Under the pieces are notes generated by a model. It did not search any database. It was not told the DNA's origin and saw nothing but the letters and a program-made list of their open reading frames with translations. Shown here in pieces: positions 52,827 through 64,000 of a stretch of 64,000 bases of DNA; position 1 is the first letter of the stretch, and the number at the start of each line of letters is the position of its first letter. Position numbers and translations under genes: made by a program. The stretch lies in NCBI RefSeq assembly GCF_009914755.1, contig NC_060926.1. One strand, written 5' to 3'. Origin of the DNA: the human T2T-CHM13v2.0 reference genome, Homo sapiens.

Positions 52827-53344
52827 TGTATTGTCTTCTTGAAGGAATTAGGGTTTGTCCCAGGTTTTTGCTCCAGTAATCAATGCTTCCCTGAACATCC
52901 TTGTACATATCTCCTGGGACTAAAGAGTGAGACTTTCTCTAATTCACATAACTGGACATGGAATTGCTGGTCCACAGGCATGAAAATGTTTAAATTCACA
53001 TACTGGTATCAAATAATTTTCCAACATGGTTGTATCAAGTTTTAGTTCCACCAGCAGAGTCTATGCATTCTCAAGGGTCCGTGTCCTTACCACTAATAGT
53101 TATTACCAAACATCTTAATTTTTTCCAAACTAATGAGCATAAAATGTATCTTACGAAGGTCTGTAACATTATTTCCTAAATTATAAAGAATTATTATCAT
53201 TTTTCATTTGTTTATTCCAATTTGTGTCCTACTTCCTGTAAACTTGCTATTTTATTGTATTTTCCTTTTTTTTCTGTAGTTTTGTTCTCTTTTCATTCTG
53301 TTAGTAGACATTTTCTCTACATTTTGTATAAAAATTATTTGCTG

Positions 53345-53650
<306 letters not shown>

Positions 53651-54664
53651 TTATTAATATCTTCTTATAATTTGTATCTTGTCATTTTACTCACACTTGA
53701 CGGACCAAAATTTTAAATTTTAATGCAATCAAACTTATCACTTTTTTTTCCCCAGAGTTTGGTACTTGTTGTATACTGTTCAAAAATTCTTCCCTGCCCT
53801 AAGGTGATAAAGATATTCTTTGTGTGTTGTATTTCTTTAAGCCCTTTATTTCAACCCCACTGCAAAAACAAAACAAAACCACTTAATTTTAGCTTTTACA
53901 AAATCCTCCCCTCATTTGTGTCACAAATATTTTAGATGAAATATATAAATTGCTGGTTTGAATAAGTTATTTTTGCTCATTTTCTTAGCACCTGCTGGTG
54001 GAAATACTATGATAAACTGGATATGGTCCTTGTTCTCAAGATGCTTAATGTCTAACCCAGGAAAGCATGGGTAGAAGCATAATACTAGAGCATATTGTTA
54101 GGGTTATAAATAAGAAGGCCCCAAGATCCTAGAACTCTAATTACCTTTAAAGTAATTTAAATCTGAAATTTATTGGATTTATACAATATGTAAAATAATC
54201 TTATTTCTCCAAAAACCTTATGAGATTTTTTCCTGTACTGATGTATTTTTAAAATGGCAAAACCACTCTGTATCTTGGAAAGGTGACCTCACTTGCTCTG
54301 AAGGACCTGGCCAGCAAGGCGCACATTAGGATTTGATTTAAGGCTGTCGGCTCCCTGAGGCCTTCCACGATATTCCTGCTCCTTCTCCCCCTCCTCATTA
54401 AGGAGGGAGCTAAAGCAGGGTAGGACATAAGAGAATTAACTAGGGCTGTGGCATTGGAAATAGGCCTTAAAAGATGGGAAGATTTCAGAAGTCAGTGAAG
54501 AGGGTCTTCAGAATGGATTAGTCAGAGAGCTGGTAAGGTGCATGTCCAATTTTGGAGACAGCACATTGTGACAAGTCATCCTTTTTTCAGAAGATGTTGG
54601 AATTATAGATACAGGAGTGAGAGGGAAAGGAATATCATTCCAATGACACTACCATAGTCTATAG

Positions 54665-54983
54665 CAGCAGTCTCTAATCAGGGACCAGTTTCATGGAAGA
54701 CAATTTTTCCATGAATGGGGGTTGGGGGACAGTTTCGGGATGAAACTGTTCCACCTCAGATCATCAGGTATTGGATTCTCCTAAGGAGCGTGCAACCTAG
54801 ATCCCTCACATGCACAGTTCACAACAGGGTTAATGCCTATGAGAATCTAATATCACCACTGATCTGACAGGAGGTGGAGCTCAGGCAGTAATGCTCGCTG
54901 TCCAGCCAATCACCTCCTGCTGCCTGGTTTGTAACAGGCCACGGACTGGTACCAGTCCTGAGCCCAGGGATTGGCTACCCCTA
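54665..54983 (+). mobile_element. MER1B (hAT-Charlie MITE)
   Basis: GGGACCAGTTTCATGGAAGACAATTTTTCCA...GATGAAACTGTTCCACCTCAGATCATCAGG...GGATTGGCTACCCCTA. 8-bp TSD GTCTATAG / GTTTATAG. Confidence 0.93.
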
Positions 54984-54994
54984 GTTTATAGGGC

Positions 54995-55495
54995 ACCCCA
55001 GCTTCCCTCAATTCTCTTGTCTCAGCTCTCTGTTCTACTTCAGTCTCCCTGGCCTCCTGGCTGCTCCTGAACAGGCTGAGCACAGCCCTGCTTTAAGTAC
55101 GGTGCGCTTGCTTAACACTTTTCCTTGAATGCTTTTCCCCGTTGGCCTAGAATACATCCTCCTTCCTGTTGCTTGGGCACATACTTAAATGTAACTATTG
55201 CAGAGGCTTCTCCTAATTATCTCATCTAAAACAGCAAATCCTCTCTCTCTCTCTCTATCTCTATCCTATACTCTGCTTTAGTTTTCTTCATAGTACTTAC
55301 TACTAGCCAAGATAGTGTTGTATCATTATTTCCTAACTTATCATTCACTAGGCAAGAGCTCTGGATGACTTTTTAATCTTACCATATCCCCCGTGCCTAG
55401 ATTTTGCCTGGTGCATAATGTATGATTCACAAATATGTGTTGAATAAATGAAATAACAGAATGAATGATAAATGAATGACTGAATGAATAAATGA
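54995..55495 (+). mobile_element. L2 3' end
   Basis: CTGGCCTCCTGGCTGCTCCTGAACA...TGCCTGGTGCATAAT...AATATGTGTTGAATAAATGAA...TGAATGA. Confidence 0.75.
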
Positions 55496-55659
55496 TGGGC
55501 ATGAAGGTACTACCAGAAGTTTTAAAGGTTGTGGTATGAACCATGGTTTTGTAAGCAGTCTGTGGCATAAATATAAAGAGGAATAGGAGACACAGGACAA
55601 AGAAATCAGAAAGATCATTTATGAAGGTTTTATAATAGCTGGTGGGGAGCCTGGAAGGG

Positions 55660-55870
55660 GAGAGCCTAGCGGTTCACAGCCTCATTTTGGTGCCAGAGTT
55701 CAAATCCCAGTACTAAGGCCTCCTAGCTGAGTAACTCTGGGAAAGTCACTGAGACTTTCTGCCTCCCTCTTTGTCTGTAAAGTGAGGATACATTATCACC
55801 TGATTTAGAGGACTGTTGGACAGCTTAAATGAAGTAATGCACTGATTAAATGATTCATAAATAAGTAGTG
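55660..55870 (+). mobile_element. MIR
   Basis: GAGTTCAAATCCCAG...CTAGCTGAGTAACTCTGGGAAAGTCACT...TCTGTAAAGTGAGGATA (MIR core). Confidence 0.7.
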
Positions 55871-58019
55871 GCCATCAGTGATAATAAACAAATAAGCTAG
55901 GGCAATGTCAGTGGGAACTGAGGAAGGAAATGAGTAAAGAGACATTGAGTAGGAAGGACAAGAAGGCCTTGAGATAACATTGAAATAAAATACCTGAAAA
56001 AGACTCAGATTTCTGTTCTGCCTATGGATAATGACAATAACTTTAAGTGAAATCCAGCATGCAGATAAGGAATTAGATCTTAAGTATGTCAGAAGGTAGA
56101 AATAGGAAGTAGCACAAAGAGTGAGCTTTGTTTTGCAATGTTTGAGTTGAGATGTACCCACTAATTTTACACGGAGATGTCTAACAAAGATGGAAATGTA
56201 TATTAAAGGGTGATGACAAACTTTAAGAAGTTATTTTTTTCTGTTCTACAGAAAGATTTCCAATAGAATTTGCGTAGCTTTCTTCCCTTTGTATTTGAAA
56301 TATGTCTAACTTGGATATTACTGTCTCTCTAAGTTGTATTACTCTAACAAGTATTTTACAATTTCTGCAGCATTCTATGCGTAAGCTCAAAGTTTAACAG
56401 GTCAAACTCTATGACCTGACACCTATTCCTAACCCTGTCCCTATGCCTGCTCCCAACCTTTCACTACTGAGGAACTGAATAAAGGATCCTCTGGTCCCAT
56501 GTAGATTCTGAAGACCTGATTTAAATGTATTACAGAGCTGAACAAAATAGACGTGGAAGGAGCCACCAAGAGGATATGAACAACCCTCCAATTTGCAAAC
56601 CAGAAAGCTCTGGTTTACCACCCTCAATTTTAACCACATACATTCCTATTCAGACAAAACAGCATGCTCATAGTCATTCAAAAAGCAAAAAAGGGATTGT
56701 TAGAAATCTGTAATAAATGTATGTGAGACAGAAAATTAGAAAATGGCCACCTGCCAGCGGCCCCATAAATTTTGGAGGAAATGCATTTTCTACTGGGATG
56801 CTTTATCACAGGAATTGCAAATATTTATTAAAAGTATTAAAATAGTCAGAATGTTAAATGCTTCCTCCAGTGGTGAAATTTCACATTGCCACATTAGAAG
56901 ATGGGATATTCTGATACAGCGTTTATTAAACTGACTTCATTTTATTAGTCTGTCATCTACAATAAATGGGCAGGTACCTTTAAAGCAAGATCTATTATAA
57001 ATAAAAGAGATGTGGGGAAGGAGCAGCATCTCATTGTGTGAATGGCATTGACTATGTAAGTACTTATCTTGTAACCTTTCCCAAAGGAGGCCACAAGATT
57101 TTTGTTGTTCTAGTATATTTTTGTTGCTTGTTGGATTTTGTTATCACATGAAAATCAAAAGTAGTGTTTGCTACTAATGTTCATGCTCTCTCATGCAAGG
57201 TACAGTTGAAAACTATTTGAATGGTTAGTGCTTCATGGGCTCTCAGATGTAATTACCAAACATATCTAAGTAAAGATGCTAAATGGACTCCAAATGAACT
57301 GAAGATAGAAGGAGGCAGACGAACTTATTGCACAAGGATAATAGAGATGACAGCCAGAGTACATCATTACTGAGTGACACTAAGTTGAAGGGTGACAGGA
57401 TGAGCTGGACAGATTACCTCCCTAAGAGGCTTGTGGCTCGTGCAAGGCACTGACCTAATAAAGATCTTATGCTATCACCCAGAAAAGATAGAAAGAGCCT
57501 TTTCCCATCATAAGACACTCTTCTGTGTAGGTCACAAAATTTTCCCCAAGTTCATCCCATGAAAATGCTGACAGCACTGAAGAAATCTAGGTTAGCTTCA
57601 ATATGGGGTGGGGTGAAGTGGAGGGAAGGAGATGCAGGGCCTGTTGGGAAGCCAAGTACTTCCTGGAAAGAATAATTAAGAAGCCGTTAGCTTTCAATAG
57701 GTGGTTAGAGTGGCCATTTTTTTTTTCCCATTGGAATAGAAGCATTCTCAAAGGTAGGATGGTTGGCATTCTGTTTAAGGTATTTTTCCAGATTAATTAA
57801 TGGGGTCACTGGATATTTGGGGGAGTCTTTCCTATAAACTAACCACTAATCTTGGTGCTAAGCATCAGAGGTGAACAACAGCAACTCAGCCACTGACCCA
57901 AAGATGTGACATTCTAGTGGAGAGCAGGTGGGTGTTTACACATCAGTATATGATAGTTCAGGGGTAATGAGTGCTTTGAAGAAAAGAACAAAACAGGGTC
58001 ACTGGGAAGAAAGTGACAG

Positions 58020-58160
58020 ATGGGACCAGAAGCATCAGCATCACCTGGGAACTTATTAGAAATACCAAATCTAAGACCCCACACAGTCTACTGACCAGAA
58101 TCCACATTTTAACAAAGCTCCAGGGCAATGTACATAAGCTTTAAAGTTTGAGAGGCCCTA
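58020..58160. mobile_element. MER5-type hAT MITE
   Basis: CAGCATCACCTGGGAACTTATTAGAAAT...CAGAATCCACATTTTAACAA...AAAGTTTGAGA. Confidence 0.7.
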
Positions 58161-58844
58161 AAGTAGAAAACAATCTATTTTAGACTTGACATCTTTACAC
58201 ATGGACTTGGCTAGTCCTCTCTCCAATGCTGATAAGATGGCAATGGGGTAGGTATGGGAGGAGAGAGATGGAGCTTGTTTCTTCCTCCAGCTCTGCCAGC
58301 TCCATGGTACACTCAGACTAAGAGTCCAGGGATGAATGGTTTTATTTCATTTGACTGAAGAAAAAAAGGCGTATTTACTGACCAATGTGGTGTCATTCAT
58401 ATGACATTACTCTTTCAGTTTCCTTAGTAAAAAATGAGTCGCCTAGTTAAATAATAATAATAAAAGTTTAAAATAAACAATATTGGTTTTTTAAAGAGTA
58501 AGACAAATATTTTATAAGCGAATTACAAAAGCTGATTACTTACATTAAAATGAAGTAACACAAATGTTTCTTTTGCAACTTAGTGTCTGTGCATCTCAAA
58601 ACCTTTGAATTTAAATTGTGACTTTGCCCATTCCTAGTTGGGTGATTCAAGAGTAACTAATTCAAATGTACTGAGCTTCAATATGTTCATCTATTTTGTT
58701 TTTAATGGGGAATGCAGAGAGACCTGCAATAAGTGTACTCATGGAAAGATGGAGCCACTGTGGCTTTCTCAAGGAGTAGGTCTGACCTACTACTTCATCT
58801 ACCCCAGTCATAGTCCTGCATACCAAGGTGAGGAATGTGAAGGA

Positions 58845-58857
58845 CCAGCAGGTGGCA
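58845..58857 (+). promoter_or_regulatory. Candidate CTCF core motif
   Basis: CCAGCAGGTGGCA fits CCASYAGRKGGCR. Motif match only. Confidence 0.25.
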
Positions 58858-59473
58858 TGTTATAACAAGAGGACCTTGCTGGCAATCAGCTGACTTATCT
58901 TAGTATCTGAGAACTGTAATTACTGGGCACTGTGGTTTGAGAAACTAAAGTCCATATGTCAGAACTTAAACTTAAAGATAAGGATATCAAAAGGTGAGAC
59001 CTGATGGAAGGGAATCAGGTCATGAGGTCTCCGCCCTTGTGAATGGCATTAATGCCCTAATACAAGGGCTGAAGGGAACTAGCTAGACCCTGTTGCCCTT
59101 CTGCCCTCTTGACATACAACGACAAGGCCAGAAGGCCCTCACCAGACAACGAATCTGCTGGTATCTTGATCTTGGACTTTCCAGCCTCTAGAACTATGAA
59201 AAATACATTTCTGTTTGTTACAAAATATTCAGTCTAAAGTATTTTGTTATAGTATCAGAAATGGACTAAGACAGAAACTGGTACTGAGAGTGGCATTTGG
59301 CTATAACAAATACATAAAGATATGGAAGTGGCTTTGAAATTGGGTAGTGGGTAGAGGCTGAGCCTCAAAGGGACTATTCTTAGGGGGCTCTGAACAAGAG
59401 GAGAGCTATAGAGAAAGCCTTAATCTTTTTTGAGATTACTTAACTGGTCATGATCAGAATGTTGGTAGAAATA

Positions 59474-60703
59474 CAGTCATGTGCTGCATAACAACATTTC
59501 AGTTAACAATACAGCATGTACACAACAGTGGTCCTGTAAACTCCATTATAATGGAGCTAAAAAAAATTCCTATATTCCTATTTCCTAGTGATGTAGCCAT
59601 TGGAACCTTGTAGCAGAACACATTACTCATGTGTGTGTGGTGATGTTGGTGTAAATAAATCTGTGCTTTCAGTCATACACAAGTATAGGACATACAATTA
59701 TGTACAGTACATAATACTCGATAATGATAATAAATAACTAAATTACTGTATTTACCATACTATACTTTTTATTGTTATTTTAGAATGTACTCCTTCTACT
59801 TATTAAAAATAAGAAAGTTAAATGTAAAACAACCTCAGGCAGGTCCTTCAGAAGGTACTCCAGAAGAAGGCATTTTTATCATAAGAGATGACAGTTCCAT
59901 GCATATTATTACTACTACAGACTTTTCAGTGGGATAAGATGTATAGCTGGAAAACAGTGATATTGATGATCCTGACCATGTATAGGGCTAGGCTAATGTG
60001 TATGCTTATGTCCTATTTTTATCTAAAAACTTAAAAAGTAAAAATAATAAATACATAAATAATAGAAGCAAGCTTAGAGAATAATTAACAGAAGGAAAAT
60101 ATTTGTGTACAGCTGTACAATGTGCTTGTGTTTTAAGCTGTGTTATTTAAAATGAGTCAAAAATTAAAAACAACAAAAAGTTTATAAAGTAAAAATGTTA
60201 CAATAAGCCAAGGTTAATTTGTTAGTATAGAAAGACATTTTTAAAAAATAAATTTAATGTAGTCCAAGTGTATAGTGTTTATAAAGCCTACAGTGATGTA
60301 CAGTAATGTCCTAGGCCTTCGTATTCACTCACCTGTCATTCATTGACTCACCCAAAGCAATTTTCAGTCATAAAAGCTTCATTCATGGTAAATGTCCTAT
60401 ATAGGTATACCATATTTTTGTCTTTTTACCATATTTTTACTGTATGTTTTCTGTGTTTAGGTATGTTTAGATACACAAGTACATATCATTATGTGGCAGT
60501 CACTCACAGTATTCAGCACAGTAACATGCTGTACAAATTTATAGCCTAGAAGCAATAGGCTATACCATATACAGCCTTGGTATATAGTAAGCTATACCAT
60601 ATAGGTTTGTGTAAGTGCACTCTCTGATGTCCAATACAATGACGAACTTGCCCGACAATGTATTTCTCAGACAGTATCCCCATTGTTAAGTGATGCATGA
60701 TTG
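59474..60703 (+). mobile_element. Tigger3b (MER7-type TcMar-Tigger) apparently end-to-end, 1230 bp
   Basis: TIRs CAGTCATGTGCTGCATAACAA...TTGTTAAGTGATGCATGATTG, with TA TSD at 59472-59473 and 60704-60705. Removing it restores MST-int GGTAGAAATATGGA. Confidence 0.92.
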
Positions 60704-62056
60704 TATGGAAGGTAAAGGCAATTCTGATGAGCTCTTAAATGGAAATGAGGAACAAGGTATTGGAAATTGGAGAAAAGGCTATACTTGTTTTAAGGTGGCA
60801 AAGAAGTTGTCTGAATTGTGTTCATGTTCTGGTGTTTCCTGGAAGACAGAACTTAAGAGCAGTGAACTAAGATACTTGGCGGAAGAAATCTCTCAGGAAA
60901 GTGCTCAGAATGCTTCATTGCTTCTTTCAACTTCTTATAGTAAAATAGAAGAGAGAAATTAAAGATAGGTTTATAATCAAAAGGGAAGCAAAACCTAAAG
61001 ATCTGAAAAATTCTCAGCCTGGACATGTAAAGAATAAAAAAAGTATGCTCAAGAGAGAAAACTAAGGGTGTGGTCAAGGGAATGTTTGATAAGGAGATTA
61101 AATATAGATATAAGGAAGCCAGATGTTCTTAATCAAGACAATGGAAGAATGATCCTGAAGGCATTTTGGAGACCTTTGAAGCTGCCTCTCTCATCATGAG
61201 CCTTTGATGGCTGAATGGTTTCGAAGGAGAAGCTCAGGACACCCATGCGATCTTGGGACCCTCTGTCCAGAGCTGCCTCGAGTTTTCGCTCCCGACATTA
61301 CAGTGTAGCATTCTTTGGCCACCCTAGCTGTGGCACAAGCCAGCACAGGTACAGCTTGGGCTGTCTCTTTGAAAGTATAAGCAGTAAACCTTGTTGGCGT
61401 CCACAGGGTGCCAACTCTGCAGGTACTCAGAGTGCAAGAGCTGTGGAGGCACAGCTACCTCCACCAAGATATTAAAGGATGCATTGGAGAGCCCTGGGGC
61501 CCAGGCAGAGTACTACCACAGGTTTAAGCCCTGCAGACAGCCTCCACTAGCTCAATGCCTATCAAAGCCATAAGGATGGGGCCACCTCGAGTCTCCATAA
61601 CTGTAGAGCCACCAGTATGCAGTACCAGTCTGGGAGACCTGGAAGCACCTGACTCCAACTCCTGAGAGCTTCTGCATGGGATGTGCCCACCAAAGCAACA
61701 AGAGAAGAGCCCCCCTAAAATGCTGGAGACCCCTGCCCCAGTGTCAGAAGGCAAGACGTGGAGTTGGAGAAGATTATTCTCAAACTTCAAGATTCAATGT
61801 TGGTTGCACTGTTGGTTTTGAACACTTGCAAACTGATTCTCCTTTCTTCTTTCCCATGTCTCCTTTTTGGAATGAGAATGTTTATCCTATGCCTGTCCCA
61901 TTATTGTACTTTGGAAGCACATAGTTTGTTTAATTTCACAGGCTCACAGCTAGAGAGAAAATTGCCTCAGGATGAATCACGCTTGGAGTCTCACCCATAT
62001 CTGATTTAGATGAGACTTTCGACTTAGACTTTAAAATGGATGCTGCAATAAGTTAA

Positions 62057-62408
<352 letters not shown>

Positions 62409-62889
62409 AATAAATGTATTTTGTATGTAAGAAGCACATAAACTTTTGGGGTCGGGGCAGAATGTTATAGTATCAATATGTGTCCCTCCAAATTCATATG
62501 TTGAACTTAAACCTTGAGGTGATGGTGTTAAGAGGTGGGACCTTTGGGAAGTGATTAGGTCATGAGGCCTCTGCCCTGGTAAATGGGATTAGTTTCCCTT
62601 ATTAAAGGGCTGGAGGGAGCTAGCTAGGTTTTTGAATTCTTCTACCCTTCCACCATGTAAAGATGCAGCAAGAAGATCCTTACCAGATGCCAAATCTGCT
62701 GGCACCTCTCATGTTTTTAAAATAACTTCAGGAATGGACTAAGGTATTGTGTGAACTTAAAAGAATCCAGTGACCTCTGTAGTTTTCTTTCTGGTAAAAT
62801 AAAAAGATTGAAACGTGTCATTGTTTGGCTCTAAAATTCCAAATTCATTCTTTTAAAAAATTATCTGATTTATTTACAAATAGTTTTGT

Positions 62890-63250
62890 TGTAGATACTG
62901 TTTACTATCCATTCCAGCAATATTCCTTTATGCCAGCCTCCATCATAGAGATTAGAGCCAAAGTGCCTCATTCTTCACTTCCGTCACAGCTGGGGTGGCC
63001 GTGGAACTCCGTCCTGGTCAATGTGTTCTAAGTAGGAATCTGCTTTTGCTCTTTTCCCCTTCCTCCTTCTCCCGGTCTGGATCACAAGGAATTCTGGCAG
63101 ATGCTGTATCACTAAGACACCGTTAAACCGTGGTACCAGTCCTGGATGATCTGTCACTGTACCTCTAGTTATATGAGACTAACGAATTCCCCTCTGTTTG
63201 GTTTACACACTGTAACTGAGTTTCTATGTAATCCAAATTGAGGCCAGAAT
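62890..63250 (+). mobile_element. Old MaLR/ERVL LTR relic (MLT1I-L-like)
   Basis: CCTGGTCAATGTGTTCTAAGTAGGAATCTGC and TTATATGAGACTAACGAATTCCCCTCTGTTT resemble old MLT1 motifs. Confidence 0.45.
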
Positions 63251-63752
63251 TAGCTGTTTTTCAGGCATTATTCTAAGTTCTGGGACTTCTGCAGTTGTAT
63301 TTCAGTGTTGGCCAATCTGTTACCTAAATTTGCTTCAGTCTTCTCACCAGGAAATACTAGAAATAATGTCTTCTCAAAGCCCAATAAAGTAAAGGCTTCT
63401 ACCTAAACTAAGATTACCACAGTACTGAAAAATATCTGTGTTAATTTTTCCTTATGACAAAAGTAATATCAATCTCTGCCTGAACACATGTGTGGGTTGC
63501 AGTGTTTCATGTAACCCCTTAGACTACATGCTGTTGTCGTGGCGCAAAGGATGAAGAGAAAAATAGCCTCTACCCATGAATGCCCCAAAGAAGTAGTCTA
63601 CGTTGTGATTCTTAGATAGCTGAGAAAAATTTGGGGTCTGCAAAAAGTTTCAGTGGAGAAATACATGACAATAAAGGCAAATATTTTCTTAAGTTTTGTT
63701 GAAAAAATGAGATACGGTTCTGTGCAAATCTTTCAAAAAGGAATAGGAGCTT

Positions 63753-63870
63753 TGTGTGTGTGTGCGTGTGTCTCTGTGTGTCTGTGTGTGTGTCTCTGTG
63801 TATGTGTCTCTGTGTGTGTGTCTGTGTGTGTTTGTGTGTGTGTGTCTGTGTGTGTGTGTGTGGGTGTGTA
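63753..63870. repeat. Compound (TG)n/(TC)(TG)n microsatellite
   Basis: TGTGTGTGTGTGCGTGTGTCTCTGTGTGTCTGTGTGTG... Confidence 0.93.
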
Positions 63871-64000
63871 TGCTTTGAGAGGGCTACTGAAGCAAATGCA
63901 GAATGGGAGTCCTCAGGTTATCTCCACTCCTAATACGGAGGGACGGAATGGATGCAGGAAACGAAGAAAAGGATTGACAAAAAATAAGGAAGGAAGGAGA

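Overview
This is primate (most likely human or ape) non-coding DNA, not prokaryotic. It is AT-rich, CpG-depleted and packed with recognisable interspersed repeats: Alu/FAM, L1PA/L1PB/L1MA/L1MD/L1ME, THE1/MST/MLT1/LTR16 LTRs, Tigger3b, MER1B, MADE1, L2, MIR and CR1/L3. I can support no cellular protein-coding gene, RNA gene or CRISPR array. Every ORF with recognisable homology is a broken L1 ORF1/ORF2 piece, an Alu/LTR read-through, or one retroviral integrase-like relic. The main structure is an ~18 kb nested L1 pile (6.7-24.6 kb) holding two L1PB copies in inverted, tail-to-tail orientation ~0.8 kb apart. They are only ~79% identical in places, yet share perfect or near-perfect tracts (193/193, 90/90, 123/125 by hand alignment) carrying non-consensus variants, including FADD->FGDD at the RT active site. 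This points to recurrent arm-to-arm gene conversion and a candidate inversion locus. Also present are a twin-primed 5'-inverted L1PA, a near-complete MST provirus, a 28-bp AT-rich VNTR and a miR-548-type MADE1 hairpin. Subfamily names come from recalled consensus sequences, not a database search, and the boundaries of old elements are approximate.
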